DNA of 64,000 bases, from positions 1,860,001 to 1,924,000 of the forward strand of contig JAMWBK010000003.1 in assembly GCA_029953675.1 (NCBI GenBank), written 5' to 3'. Under the pieces are notes generated by a model. It did no database searches and was not told where the DNA came from. It was given only the letters and a program-made list of their open reading frames with translations. Of the stretch, positions 25,350 through 37,904 are shown one piece after another. The position numbers and the translations under genes are program-made. How positions within the stretch are numbered: the first letter of the stretch is position 1; every line of letters starts with the position of its first letter. Origin of the DNA: Rhodosorus marinus CCMP1338 (taxonomy: Eukaryota; Plantae; Rhodophyta).

Positions 25350-28300
25350 CTAACGACTCATGTACCGAAGGTGCTTAAACCCGAGGTAACCAACTATCCA
25401 TGAGAAACACGTGAATCCGACCAGAGCTGCTACCGAAATCCACTTGTCATACTCTGGCACTCCGTACATGTGCAAAAGTTGCTCTCCATTCGTAATTGGA
25501 CAGAACTGACATTCGCTATAGGTAGCGTTAACAGTCACTGTTTGGTATTCACCTGCCCGACGAAATAAAAGTCACATTCAGCGATCAGTTCCCACAAGCT
25601 ACTAGCTTTTGACCTTGAAAGGGTTCCAGCGGCCTATTCGTACTTATAGAGGGAATCGATTCACAATTTGGGAACGGATAGGTCGCGTTATCGTTTCCAG
25701 GAAAAGGGAAAGTATAGAACTCGTTCGGTTCACAGACGAACTCCGTTCCAGTGAAGACGGCTTTCATGATGCCAGACAGGTAGTACCCGATCGGATTAAT
25801 CCAGTAGAGCCAGATATAATACCAAGGGATTGAGGTTGGTGGTATCAAGAAACCAGCGAAAAGGTTGAGCAGGCTATTCGATAAGGGGACCAGCATCAGC
25901 CCAATCTGTTCGGTAGGGCTAATTGCGCCAAACATAGAGCCGGTGGCTATGGCCCATAAAGCATAGATCGATCCAATGACGAGGAAGTATCCGAATGCAG
26001 ATGCTTTGCAGCCAAACGAGAACCACAAGAAGAAAAGTTTAGATCGTTGTCGAAGAAGGCGTCGTAACGAGTTTGCATAGATTGCGTCTCACTTACCTTG
26101 AAAGCCGATCAAGAAGAAGAACAAAACGGCGAAGATACAGTTGATTATAAGCGTGAACGGTGCGTCAGCAATCAGCAGAGGGAGGTAGTACGCTAGGGCT
26201 GAGTAAGCACCTGCGGCACTTTCTCGATAGAAAGTGATCCTATCCCCGATGACGTTTCCGACAGAGCTGCCAATGTTCATCAGGGAAGCCATGCCAGACA
26301 GGAACGCCGCTGCAATGAGGGTGAGGTATCCAGCTTGACTGTTCGGTACCTGAAAGAACGAGAGGCCGAGGAGCATGGCTTGGAAGACCGCAGTAATGAA
26401 GCGCGTGAAGTTATATTCCGGGGCCCTCCAGTAGATGGTTAAAAACCGCTTCAGGTTGGCGACGAACTGCACTCGAAAGCTTGTTGAGAACATATGATCA
26501 AACTTGATCCGGGGCGCCTCGTCCGGCACTATCGCAGGTTTGCCACTTTCCGTCTGTTCTAGCCTCCCCATGAGTTCTTTGCTCTCAGGACTAAGCAACC
26601 AGATCTTGTGCCAGTCCCTCTGCTCCTCCTACAACCAGATGAGCAAATACCAATAAAACTAGGTGAGCACTGCGCATCGTCAGCAACATCTGAATAGCTT
26701 CTCTCCCTACCCTCGCTGTCGTCCCAGCACCAATTTGGTCGAGCATATAGTCCGCCGGGTTCAACTTGGGATCAATTGGATCTCCTCCGTTCTTCTCAAA
26801 GTACGTAATCATTTGCGAAGCGTTTTCCCCCAGATCCCCAAAGTAAGCCACTTTGCCACCATTCTGCAGTAGCATTAGACTGTCAAAGCAGGAGAACACC
26901 TCCTGCGATGGTTGATGAATGGTACACAAAACCGCAACGCCGGTATCGGAGACCCTCCTCATAGCCTTTACCACCTGTGTCAAAGACAACGGCAATCGCC
27001 GGTGCGATGTCAGGGCCAGATGCCGAGTTCGTAAACGTGATTACGACGATCTTCGCTCACCTTCAACGCCCCCCTGGAATCCAATCCCGAAGTTGGCTCG
27101 TCCAGGAACAGTATGGATGGACGGACTACGAGCTCCACAGCGATCGTGAGGCGCTTTCGCTGCTCAGAGGATAGGCCAATTGCAGCCCCGGGAATACCGA
27201 CTATCTCATGTTGGATCTCCCGCAGTTCCAGTACGTCTATGGTTTTCTCGATCAGTTCCTCTCTCTCCTCGTCCCTAGTCTCCTCCGGCAGCCTCAGCCG
27301 CGCAGAGAATCCGATCGCCTCCCGAACTGTCGTCTTCGACATGTGAATGTCCATCTGCTCCACATACCTTTGCAGAAAGAAAGACACGAGCAACCATTTC
27401 GGAACATGGTGGTACGGGGTCGTGCGTCAGCGACAAGCACGCCGTCATTTCGAAACGAGGAACGAAACGAGCTTCTGCTCACTCTCTTACCCCGAAACTC
27501 TTCCGAACAGGGAATCCTGAGGATATCCGTTCACTAGGACTTCGCCAGACATCGTGCCCTTGGTCTTACGCCGTGCAAGGACGTCCATGAGCGTCGTTTT
27601 GCCGGCTCCTGAAGCTCCCATAAGCGCACACAGCCTTCCTGGCAGCGCGTATCCACACACCTGGTGCAGAAGTTCTTTCCTATTATTTCTGCCAATCGGA
27701 ACCGAATATGTCACGTCCTTCCACGTAAAATGGGCCTCCCGAATGCCTACTCGGGTTTCGTCCTCTGCCAAACTAACGTCGATCGCTTCGGCACCCAAGT
27801 CTGTGGGTTTTGCTTTTTGTGATAAGAGGGGCTTTCCGCGGTACCGCGTTCCTCTTGCCAGAAGCACTATCGAGAGCAGCATGGCGAGCGACAGAACCCA
27901 CAAAATCACAAGGGAATACGTGGCCCAGGGTCTATTTCAAAAAAAAAAGCATTTGGCGATCGAACGAGAGTCACAAGCAAGCCGTCAGCAGCTGTTCATC
28001 CGTTTCCCATCACTTTCTATGCAACGCTTACGCTCCAACAGGGTATAAAAATCGATCCCAAATGTACTCGTCTCCGGTCGATATAGTACATATCTTGTAG
28101 GCGTCAGGGATCAACGGGTTCCAGGGGAGCAACTCATCTTCCGTACATACAAAGGTTAGGCCCGCGAACTCATTATAGGCCAATCCACGGAATGCCCACT
28201 GAACCGGTGAAATCCAGCCAATCCAGGAGAGCCAGGGCTGGGCATCCGGGAGCGCGAAGAAGTAGCCGCTGAAAATCATAAATACAACGTTGGTAACACT

Positions 28301-30476
28301 GACCGAGATGATGGCTACAACTGGGTTTGGGCAGGCAACAGAGAACAGTCGCACCAACAATTCCATGGTGAACTGGAACGTTACAATCATGAAATAGAAA
28401 TACCCGAAGCGTATGAAGCTAGAAACGAACGAACAAGCGTTGATTCTTTCAGCTCAGGACCAACATGACGCGCTTCCAGAGTTTGAACACCTCACCTCTC
28501 GTTCATGTTGAAACCAACAAGCACGTAGAGAACAATCGAAAACAGCAACGAGACGAGCACGTTGAGAGCCAGAGCATCAAAAATTCCCGCGAGCTGGAAA
28601 GGAGCAGCGTGGTAAAAGTGGGCCGCCCTTTGCTTCAGGAAGATCGGGTTCCCTGCAAATTTATTCGTTACTCCCTGCGCGGCAGCTACGCAGCACAACC
28701 GAGATCAAAGAGGATTAGCTTGCGGCTTACGCTGTTATTAGATTGGCCGTGAGATAGGACTTACACAAAACAAAGGCAACAACGGCCAGAAACAGTACGC
28801 CGGCCCTTTCATACGCTCCACGCTGAGTAAGTGGAAGGTCGAAAAATACGGTTCCGCCGACCAGTGCAATGAGCAACTTGGTGACAAATTCAGTAATAAC
28901 CGCGCTCTTTGACCAGGTCAGCCTCATGGAACGCTTCAGCAGGATTCCAAACTGTCTAGTCCTTGTCTGCAAACACTCGCGCCCAAAAAACTTCCTCGCA
29001 ATTTCATCTACTTTAGAGTGCTTTCCCGTAGTACCGTGGAGGCCCTCGGCGATCTTCTCGCGAATGTCTGTATAAAGCTCACTGTTTCTAAAAGCCTCCT
29101 CAAATTCGTCCACGGTATTCAGTTCCTTGCCTTCGAAGTTCTTCATGTTAACTGACTCAGAAATATTTGGGTCCGACACGGTCAGCAAAAAGTCTGCCAT
29201 CGATCTCACGGGAGGTCTCTCAAACCCGATTTCTCCAAAGTACCCTTCAACCTTCTCTCGCGGACCGTAGTAGATGCATTTTCCGCTGTCAAGAACACAA
29301 ACCTGTTTCCAAGCGCACCATTCCAGTCAGCAAGAGTGTGGGTCACAAGGGGGACAGGAGCGCGCCAGAACGTGCTGTTGGGGGCCAGGGCAACTAACCT
29401 TGTCGAACTGTTCAAATGTCTCATTTCCAGGCTGCTGTAGGGCCATGAAAACGGTCATATCAAACGCCTTGGCCACCCGTCGGACACCCCTCACGATGTC
29501 AAGGGTTGTGGCCGCATCCAGCCCTTTTGAAATATTATCGAAGAACACGAGTGAGCCCATGCTTCCGCACAGAATCTCTGCGATGGTCACACGCTTTCGC
29601 TCTCCTCCAGAAACTCCTCGCAATGCTGCGTCGCCAACTGCAGTATCGAGGGTATGGTTGATTCCTAAGAAACTGGTGATTAGCTCCACACGGTTTCTCC
29701 GAATGACTTTCGCAAAGGGTAGAAAGTCAGGAATACCGCATTTCGCGGCGAACTCCAGCGTCTCCCGCACAGTCATCACCGGGTAGTGTGCGTCCTCCTG
29801 ACGAACTCTTAGCATGGAGTGTGCGTAGAGCCGTCGGTTGCTTTCTTCCCAGATATCATCACCATTAATAAGCACTTCGCCCTCCACGGATTCGTACAAG
29901 TTCGTAACTCCGGAGAGGAGGTTCAACATTGTCGTCGTTCCTGCGCCAGGTGGCGCCTGAATGAGGACCATTTCATTCGGTTCGAGGTAACCCGACACAC
30001 CGGAAAGAATGCTTTTCGACCTTTTTTCGTCTTTCGTGCAACTTACAGTCTTCCCCGCCATCAAGAACGGTGCTATCAGCCGCTTGCCAACTGTACTGTG
30101 CCCGAATTTCTCGGTAAAAGGGACTTCAGCCCCAATCTATACCAAAAGAAAGGGTTCCGGGAACCGTGTCTCAGATAATATCCTAGAAAAAGTAGCGGAT
30201 AGGCCTCCGCAACATATGAGAAAGATGGGTTACCTCGTTCCAAGTTACACGGTATCCACCCATTTCATGCCCAGTGAACATGGTCAGGATATCGTAGAAC
30301 ATCTGGTGAGACTTCGCAGTGTCAAACTCTGGCTTGCACGGATCATACATCGGTTCCTTGTACCACGAACCGAAATGCTCTTCTACTGCCTCCCTTCGTT
30401 CACGAAGCAGCGCAAAGCTCTTGCCCTCAGCAAAGCGGGCAATTGAGTCGCACCAACCGCCAGCAAGGCAGTCCAT
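25350..30476 (-). CDS. Full-size PDR-type ABCG transporter, copy 3; ~10 introns
   Basis: Exon-for-exon paralog of copy 2, with long near-identical stretches, from MDCLAGG (30476) to GFKHLRYMSR* (25350). Confidence 0.93.
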
Positions 30477-30597
30477 GACAAAAAAAAACCCAACGACCCC
30501 TCCTTCAATCCCTCTGCTAGCCGTTCCTGCTCAAGAAGAAGAAAGATATTCCTCTCTTCCAATTTCGCGTGTCTTAAATCCTCTACACATTCTTCCC

Positions 30598-30662
30598 TAG
30601 TCCCCCTCCCTAATCCCTCCCTAATCCCTCCCTAATCCCTCCTCAAACCCTCCTTAATCCCT
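30598..30662. repeat. (CCCTAATCCCT)n minisatellite; G-quadruplex-like on the minus strand, upstream of ABC copy 3
   Basis: ccctccctaatccctccctaatccctccctaatccctcc. The minus strand reads (GGGATTAGGGA)n. Confidence 0.85.
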
Positions 30663-33199
30663 CTGTCCCACCCAACCATCATTGTCCCTTCCCCAGCGCA
30701 TGGCGCACATATAAATCGCCGCTATATCTCTCAACATCATCCTGCCGCAGCAAAATCCAAGCAGCCGTAAAATTCTCCAACGTCTTCTGCCATAAACTCT
30801 TCCAACAACTATCCATCCAATTACCCCCCCCCCCACCTCGCGCCCTAAAAAAGAAAGAACTGTCAGCAAACGACATGCCCAGAGTAGCTTCCCAGGCACG
30901 TAAGCATAAAAAGGACCCCTGGGAAACAAACGATACAGAGGGAGGATTACCCAAAACGATATTCAACCGAAGAAATTGTAAACTTTTCTCGTCCCGTTTT
31001 CTCGCACGGGATAAAAGCCGGATGGATCCGCTCGGTCAGACACAATCAACGAACTTGGCACGCGCTAATTTCTTCTCCGTTTATTTCCATATAATATTAA
31101 TGAATGAATTGGTTTAATTGGAGGGTGAAAGAAAAAAACCTCGAAGGGGAAAAAATGACTAAAGGGGTCCATTTCCTCTGTCCAAAATATTCGTGTCAGG
31201 TGGCACCGAACAGTATAGGATATTGAGAAATTTCAGTGCTCTCACTGGTGGCTGGATACCAATATATACTAATAACTTGGAAGGTTCATAAAAGATTGAC
31301 ACACCATCGGTACATTTGTACGACGCGCACTGGCGAAGGAGCAGAAGAAGGTCAGCTTGCTTTCCTTGGCTGCTGTAGAGTGTGTTTGGAGGTAGAAAGG
31401 CAAAGCCTGAGCAACCCGGATACTAACCGCGCCAGAAGGTAAGGGGAGAGGTCGTGCGAGTTCCTCCGCCGTTAGAAACTATGCAGTCGATAGTCAGCTA
31501 GGGGTTGACCGCGTAGGAGGCAACCAGGTTGAAGGACGTGGTAGCTGAAGGCAAGTCAGCGAAACTCACTCTCATGCATGCAGATGAGGAACAGTCAGCC
31601 CATCCAGACAAAACATTAGTGCAATATGAGACATAGTCACACACAGTTAGCAACTCCATAGGGGTGGCGGAAAACACGTCAGCAATGCCCACCGCTCCAA
31701 TCCATAAATAAATTCCTTCAATCTATGAATCTGAGGAACGGTCTTACACAACCGACCGGGTAATCATGGTCACAATAGTGCCATATGAGAGCCCGGAGAA
31801 GCCACAATGAGGCGCGATCATCCATGGCCAATCCACCACCGCCATCCCCTTAGACAAGCGAACTGATGATACGCTGATCAAAAAACAAAAGGGGACTTTG
31901 GAGTCGCCAGCGAATTCGTAAATAAAACAATATTTTGACGAGTTCCATTGTAAAGATTTTTTTTGTGCATAACAGGAAAAAACAAGACGATGTGAGCGTT
32001 TAGATCATGAAAAACTGGTTTTTTTGAAGTGATCAAATGCACCGTACACCCCGCCGTCTAGTTGACTTGAAACTCCATTTCCCACCCCCGGGAACTAAAT
32101 CTATAATCATGTCCTAAAGCAAGGAAAAAACAAGAAGATTAGAGCGATCGGTCTAGCGACGAAGGGGGGGGGGGAGCCGTTAAGACCTCTTTTTGGAGTC
32201 AGTAAAGCGTGCGGATTACCACAATCCCCCTATCATCAGAAACCTCAAAAAGCAGTCCCACTGGCTAAAGTGACATCGAATCCAAAACAATCCCTTGAAA
32301 TGGTTTGTAGGGAGCGAGCCGAGCCCGGGGAGGTTAATTTGCCTCTAGGGTAAATAATGAGTGCGGCGAGTTACGCCAGAAGGACGGGAGGGACGGACGC
32401 CGTTAGGAAGCGATGGTTTACTCAACCCCCCGTTAACTTAAATCTCCTGCTGCAAACAACACGTAGTTTGTATCTGACAAGGTTAAGTTCCCATCTGATC
32501 CAAATTGTCTTCAATTATTTCTACTTTTTCCAAAAGATGGGTTAGGTTTTATTTTTTTAAAATGATATGGTACGGACAATCCCCTCCTCATCTGATTAGA
32601 ACAGTACTATTTTCGTTTTTCAATAAGACCCGATACACGAAATTTGAAAAACAAATGAATTTATCTTTATAATTCATTCAAACGAGAAATTGCTTCCTTT
32701 TTTTGGTACTGTTTTCCGGTAAGGGGCCAGCCTACTGAAATCGATTTCCGAAATAAAAACCATGCTTCCGTCCTACTAGAAAATTTGTGCGGTAGGTATC
32801 AAAGACCCCCGAATAAATTATATAATTATAATATAATCTCACCTGCTAGATGCCGGTGAAGAACGTCCCCTGTTGTAGTAGTCGTCTTGCTCTAAGTTCG
32901 ATTATACTTCAAAATCTACTATATATAGACTAGATATATGATAACCCTGAAGCGCGATTCTGTTCACCTCAAGTTTTGTTTTTCCTTTTCTAGGAAAGCA
33001 AATGGACCGACTTCTTTCAAGGTAAATTGTAGATAAGATTTTCATTTGTTTTTAAAATAAGAAGCTAGCAGTCTGCCCCTCTCCAAATGCGTTTTTGGTT
33101 GGCCCAGATCATACTGTCCTGATCTAAAATTTTCGTTTTTCTGTTTTTTCTGTTCACTTCCTTTCAGACATTGATAAAATGCATGCTCACCTTTATTTT

Positions 33200-35200
33200 C
33201 CTCTATTTTTCTGCATAAAATCTATTTGTGTAGGCATCAAAATATATTTTCTTAGTGCACGAGATGTTCTCAAAAGTTTAGTAATTTTCTGTGACGTTGT
33301 AGTTGCACCCACATGCAGATAGGCTTTTTTAAAATATTTAGAAACGCTGTTAGCTGGTAGTAGACTGGTGGATGGGAACTGTCTTGACATGATTGTCCTG
33401 AAGTCAGCAAAAGCACGTTCTAAAGGTTGAGACTTTAATGGTGTATGGAAGCAACGAATGCTCGTTCAGAAATTGCAGAAAAGGCCTGAGGGGAAAACAA
33501 ACTACTGTTTAGGCAAAGATGGCAGCATTCATTTGCTACGACAGATCCTCAAGCGATAATGGGCGCTAAGAAGCGTTCAGAGAGCTCATTGTACGCTCTG
33601 CCCGCTTCGCAAAGCCAAGGGTAACTAGTGGAATCCATGCAGTCAAAACATATTTTGAGCAGGGGTACTAAGCGCTCGGACAAAACCTCGTGCTCGACTA
33701 CATAAGAAAAAAGTGTTCCACTTCTTTGCAACGTCGCACATCGACCGAGGTTGCTCCAAGGCACACCCCGCAGCAGGCAGTTACCAGCCTGCCGCGGGTA
33801 TGGGAGCAGAGCGTAGCAACACATCGAAAAGAACGCTCCGTGCAGGTCACAGACTGCCTCTTCATTAAGCACTGGGATGTCGGCCGACAACCAACTGCAT
33901 TATGTCCGCATACCTAAGTAAAAGTCTCACTGCGATCTCAAAAGCAGTCGCAAAGCCAGCCCGAATCCTAATACCTCGATCGCTTCATAGTCGGAAGTGA
34001 CTTTGCCCTGGCCCCCTCTTGAGGCTTCTCGCGTTTCTATTTTTAGCACCAAGAAATACTCTGCCAGGCACCCTTGAACCTGACTTGCCGTTGTTCTGCA
34101 TGAGCGTCGATAAAAGGAGACTAAGTGCTCTATATGAGTATAGGAGACCGTGTCTGCATATCTGTAACTAAAAGTCTCATCGTGATCGTAAAAGCAGTCG
34201 CATAACCAGGTCGAATCCAGATTCTGCTTTGGCTTTATTGTCCGAGGTGGCCTTCCCGGGTTTCTCTGGACGACTCTCACTTATTCTATTTTTAGCACCC
34301 AGAAATACAGTGCTGAGTAGACTGGTTTTTACGAGCATAGCCTGAAGCACTACGCAAGGCGTGGACTGTAACTAAGAACTAGGGAGAGAAACATGCAAAC
34401 CCAAGCGCCAATGGCCCGCCTCGGCAAGAATGCTGCTAGAATATCGCCACAGGGCGACAGTGAAACAGCGTACGAGTTCCATGTATTCCATGGGAAGCTC
34501 AGCAAAACATTTCCGCAACCACACCAAACCCGACTTATCCACGAGTAGACTTGACCTGAGTTGTTGTTCAGGTGCTTGAGCGCGACAAGGAGACTACGTT
34601 CTCTAGATGATTGGTATGTAGGGGGTTAGGACTACCACAAAAACACAGATAAAAAGATCTCGTGGTGCAGCCACTGGTTCAATGCGACGCCTAAACGAGT
34701 CTCAGTTCGCTGGGGCGATGACTCATCCAACAACTTCGGGACTCTGCGCTGTCTCATCGGTTTCTACCCCTGATATTCGAGGGCTTTGGCCTTTTTAGTC
34801 AGTGTTGCTAGCTTCATGGGGGTTTTCGCAAATATGCCCCCGGCCGTCTTGACAGCCTCCTCACGGAGCTGTGTCTGACTCTCTGGGGCTCGAACGCCTG
34901 GTTGTTGGGCATCATCATTGTCCCTTTCCGCCCCGCAGGTTAGACACGCTCTGAAGAAATTGATCGATAAAAATAACTCCATCTCTGCGGTCCAAAGTGG
35001 CCCTCCCCGGTTTCTCCCATGGTTTCTTTAATATTCTATTTTTAGTACCTGGAAAGAATACACTTTGAACCTGAGTAGTTGTTGTTCGGTGCATGTCCAT
35101 GAGCGCGATGAGGACACTAAGTCCTCTAGAGGATTTGCATAGGGGTTAAGGCACTACCAGTTAACAAACAATACAAAAACAACTGTTACTGATTTGTTGA
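33200..35200 (-). pseudogene. Tandem array of degenerate ~250-bp coding units of the 'WLRxxF...LWR' family
   Basis: Repeated nucleotide blocks at ~33920/34170, ~34035/34285/35035 and ~34075/34550/35065. Peptides include RLVPLLKICFDCMDSTSYPWLCE, LDSTWLCDCF, DSGWLCDCF, DKSGLVWLRKCF and VLKIE. Confidence 0.7.
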
Positions 35201-35259
35201 TGGATTGGGAATGCCAATCTCTATGGGATTCCTAATCCATCAACGCAGTCGTGATTATG

Positions 35260-35800
35260 AAAATTGGGTTATCCAAAGTTCTCAATCGCAACAAGCTGGC
35301 AAGGCATTGGAAGCTGGACCAGCAGCTTCGGCTTGAACTTTGGTGAGTTTCACCGAGATCCCACCCTATCGATCTCCGATCGATGCCGGATTGGTAGTCA
35401 TCGTCATCAGCTATTGTTGGCAGTCCATGTTTGTGGGTTCAGAGTTTGCTTCATATAGCCATTTTGCGCCGCTCCACGCTGATGGTTCACAGTACAGCAT
35501 GAAACTTGGAAACATCAATACTCCAAAAATCCGTTGGCTCTGTTCTCAGTGACCATAGCAAGTAACAACGTAGATAGCTATTGATGTGTCCTCGTTCTGG
35601 CGAGCGGAGAGGCACGCAGGATCCGGTTGAACTTCTGCTCCATGTTGCCGTCTTCCGCAGATATTTTTAGATTGAGTATCAATCAAGCAAGCGCGGACTC
35701 CACATGCATCGCCCTCTTTCGGATATGAAGCTCTAGAAGCAAAGTGCGGTGACATGGCCTTGGCTATTTATGTAGAATTCCACTGAAGCAAAAACGAAAA
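35260..35800 (+). repeat. Probable further degenerate copy of the same family
   Basis: 35690-35790 matches 23400-23500 (cttggctat.t.tagaattccactgaag). The peptide GLVVIVISYCWQSMFVGS resembles RLVSLVI..F..MDSVGS. Confidence 0.45.
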
Positions 35801-35944
35801 CGCTTGCGGGGTTGAACTTCTGGCGGCATGTTCAGCATTATCATCATCACCATCATCCATAGTTTCAGAGTCTATCCACCCTGAGGGGCGTAAAGGGAGA
35901 CACTGATGACGCTCGCCCAACAATATAAAGGGAAGCCGTTAGAG

Positions 35945-36215
35945 GAAAGATCATCATCACCATTGATAAGCACCTCGCCTGCGGATTCTATACAGGTTCT
36001 CAGTTCCTGAGAGCAAATTCAAAATTTTCGTAGCTCCCGCACCAGGCGAGGCCTGAATGAGGGCTCTCTCTCTCATTCGGTTCAATTTAACCCGATACAC
36101 TGGAAAGAACGCATTTCGACTTTTTTCGTCGCTCGTGCATGTCACACTCTCCCTCGTCATTAAGAACGATGCTATCAGCTGCACAGGAACTGTACTGTGT
36201 ATGAATTTCTAGGTA
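35945..36215 (-). pseudogene. Decayed fragment of a fourth PDR/ABCG copy (start of NBD1 exon)
   Basis: Nucleotide match to ~29860-30120. Frameshifted translations give VTCTSDEK / KSKCVLSSVSG / LIQASPGAGATKILNLLSG. Confidence 0.85.
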
Positions 36216-37210
36216 AACGTCTCGTCGCGGTCGCGAAAACAGTCGCGAAGTCAGGTCGAATCCCAAGACTTCGATAGCAAGTGAAACAAATCGGTGTGAC
36301 ACAGCCGTTTGCAGGAAGCTATGCTAGTCAGGGCCTGCTCCTGGTACACAGAGTTGCACTGTTTTTGAGCAGAAGGATAAAAGTCCTAATGAGAATGTGA
36401 AGACCTGTATATTGATTCAACTATGCTTCACACTCCTCCTATGATCGTCCCCCGCTCTTCCGGTTGCTCATATCACTTTGTTCCACGAGAGACCTCCTCA
36501 AAAAAATGCAGCCCTGAGATCTTTGGACTCAGCAAAACAGGAAAGCTTTCTTGCGGAAGTTATGAAACATCTTGAGCGCATAGGTGAGGCCTTGGGTTTG
36601 TTGATGGTAGGAATCAATCGCTCCAACCGCTCAATCGCTCTCTCGGTTAATGCCCATTCGGCTGTCAATGCGGTGGCACGCGATTCGTCTCCAAACGGTA
36701 TTTTTCCCTCAGAATCGAGTTTTCTAACGCGTGTTGAGGGGGCTCTTCGATCGAGTCTGGAAAATATGTCTCTCACAGTTGAATCCAACTCCAACTGTTT
36801 TCCCCTTTACTTGCATTTAAGTTGAACTATCTCCTGAGCTAAATAAAAGCCATCTATTATCCCAAGATCAGCCGTCGACGACGTACGTTGACCTCGCGTT
36901 CCCAGTCCTCAGGCTAGCCCTTATCTGGCGGCTGGTGGGGGAGCGCCGGGATATGAATCAGCAACTATTCGACGTCGCGAAGGAAGTGAAATACGCTGGG
37001 GCTTCGTACTCCCCTGGAATTCGAGCTTCGGCTTTAGCTCATCGTCTGGTGCCCTTCGTAATTCACGTTTTGACTTTATGGATTCCGTTGGATTCCGTTG
37101 GCTTCGCGAATTGTTCCGCGAACGCCTCGACCGGCTCACCTCGTTGTCCACCAGTTGGGAGTTCCCTGTTTTGGCGCATGAAAGCTGGGTTGATATTGGA
37201 GGCCGCGTGA
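36215..37210. pseudogene. Further degenerate copies of the family (minus strand 36215-36310, plus strand 36935-37210)
   Basis: Minus: HRFVSLAIEVLG, frameshift, DST*LRDCFRDRDETF. Plus: HRLVPFVIHVL, frameshift, MDSVGFRWLRELFRERLDRLTSL. Confidence 0.7.
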
Positions 37211-37219
37211 TCTTCGGCT

Positions 37220-37520
37220 TCAGTAGTGCGGACAATCCTCTCACCGCACTACATGATATCTGGTCGGATTCTCGTGGCAATGAACATTAAGAGACCAACC
37301 AATCCTCTGTATGGGGCCTCCTCAGGAACAGTCGCTGGTTGGAAAGTCAACGTGCACGATACATGATATCAGGTCGGCATCTCGTGGCAATGAACATCAG
37401 ACAACCAATCAATCCTCTGTATCGAGCCTCCTCGGGAAAAGTCGCTGTTCGTCTAATGTTCATTGCCGCGAGAACCCGACCTGATTTGTTTGCTTGCGGT
37501 GAGAGGATTGTCCGCACACC
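37220..37520. mobile_element. Ty1/copia reverse-transcriptase fragment present three times (two tandem minus-strand copies, one inverted plus-strand copy)
   Basis: Minus: APYRGLVGLLMFIATRIRPDIM and ARYRGLIGCLMFIATRCRPDIM. Plus: LMFIAARTRPDL. These match the copia RT motif PYRxLxGxLMYLxxxTRPDI. Confidence 0.8.
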
Positions 37521-37723
37521 TCCACGACTATACAGCCCAGGATTGGCGGAGTGCGAAGAACACGCTTCCCCCCGTTTTTCGTTTTTTTCAGTCTCCGAAT
37601 AAACCCATCTATTCAACACCAGCGCTGCCCTGAACCTCTTGTTTCGGGTTTTGGGAATTGGGTTTTTCGGTTTTCCTACGGTCTAACTCAGAAACGCGGG
37701 TTCAACTCAAAAAACCCCGGTAT

Positions 37724-37863
37724 AATACAGAATCGCCTGTTTCCGACTTTAGCTTGTTTTGTTAATATTTTCAAGGTCTCTATTCTAAACCCACCGATTT
37801 AATTACAGAATCGCCTGTTTCCGTCTTACCTTGTTTTGTTGATATTTTCAAGGTCTCTATTCT
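37724..37863. repeat. Tandem duplication, ~78-bp unit x2
   Basis: tacagaatcgcctgtttccg...tattttcaaggtctctattct occurs twice. Confidence 0.9.
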
Positions 37864-37904
37864 TGCATTGCGTACATCTTCCTTCTTGCCCTCTTGGATT
37901 TTGA

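Noticed and set aside
30598-30662. Telomere or chromosome end
   Set aside because: Only ~4 units of an 11-mer, internal to gene-rich sequence. It is kept only as a G4-like minisatellite.
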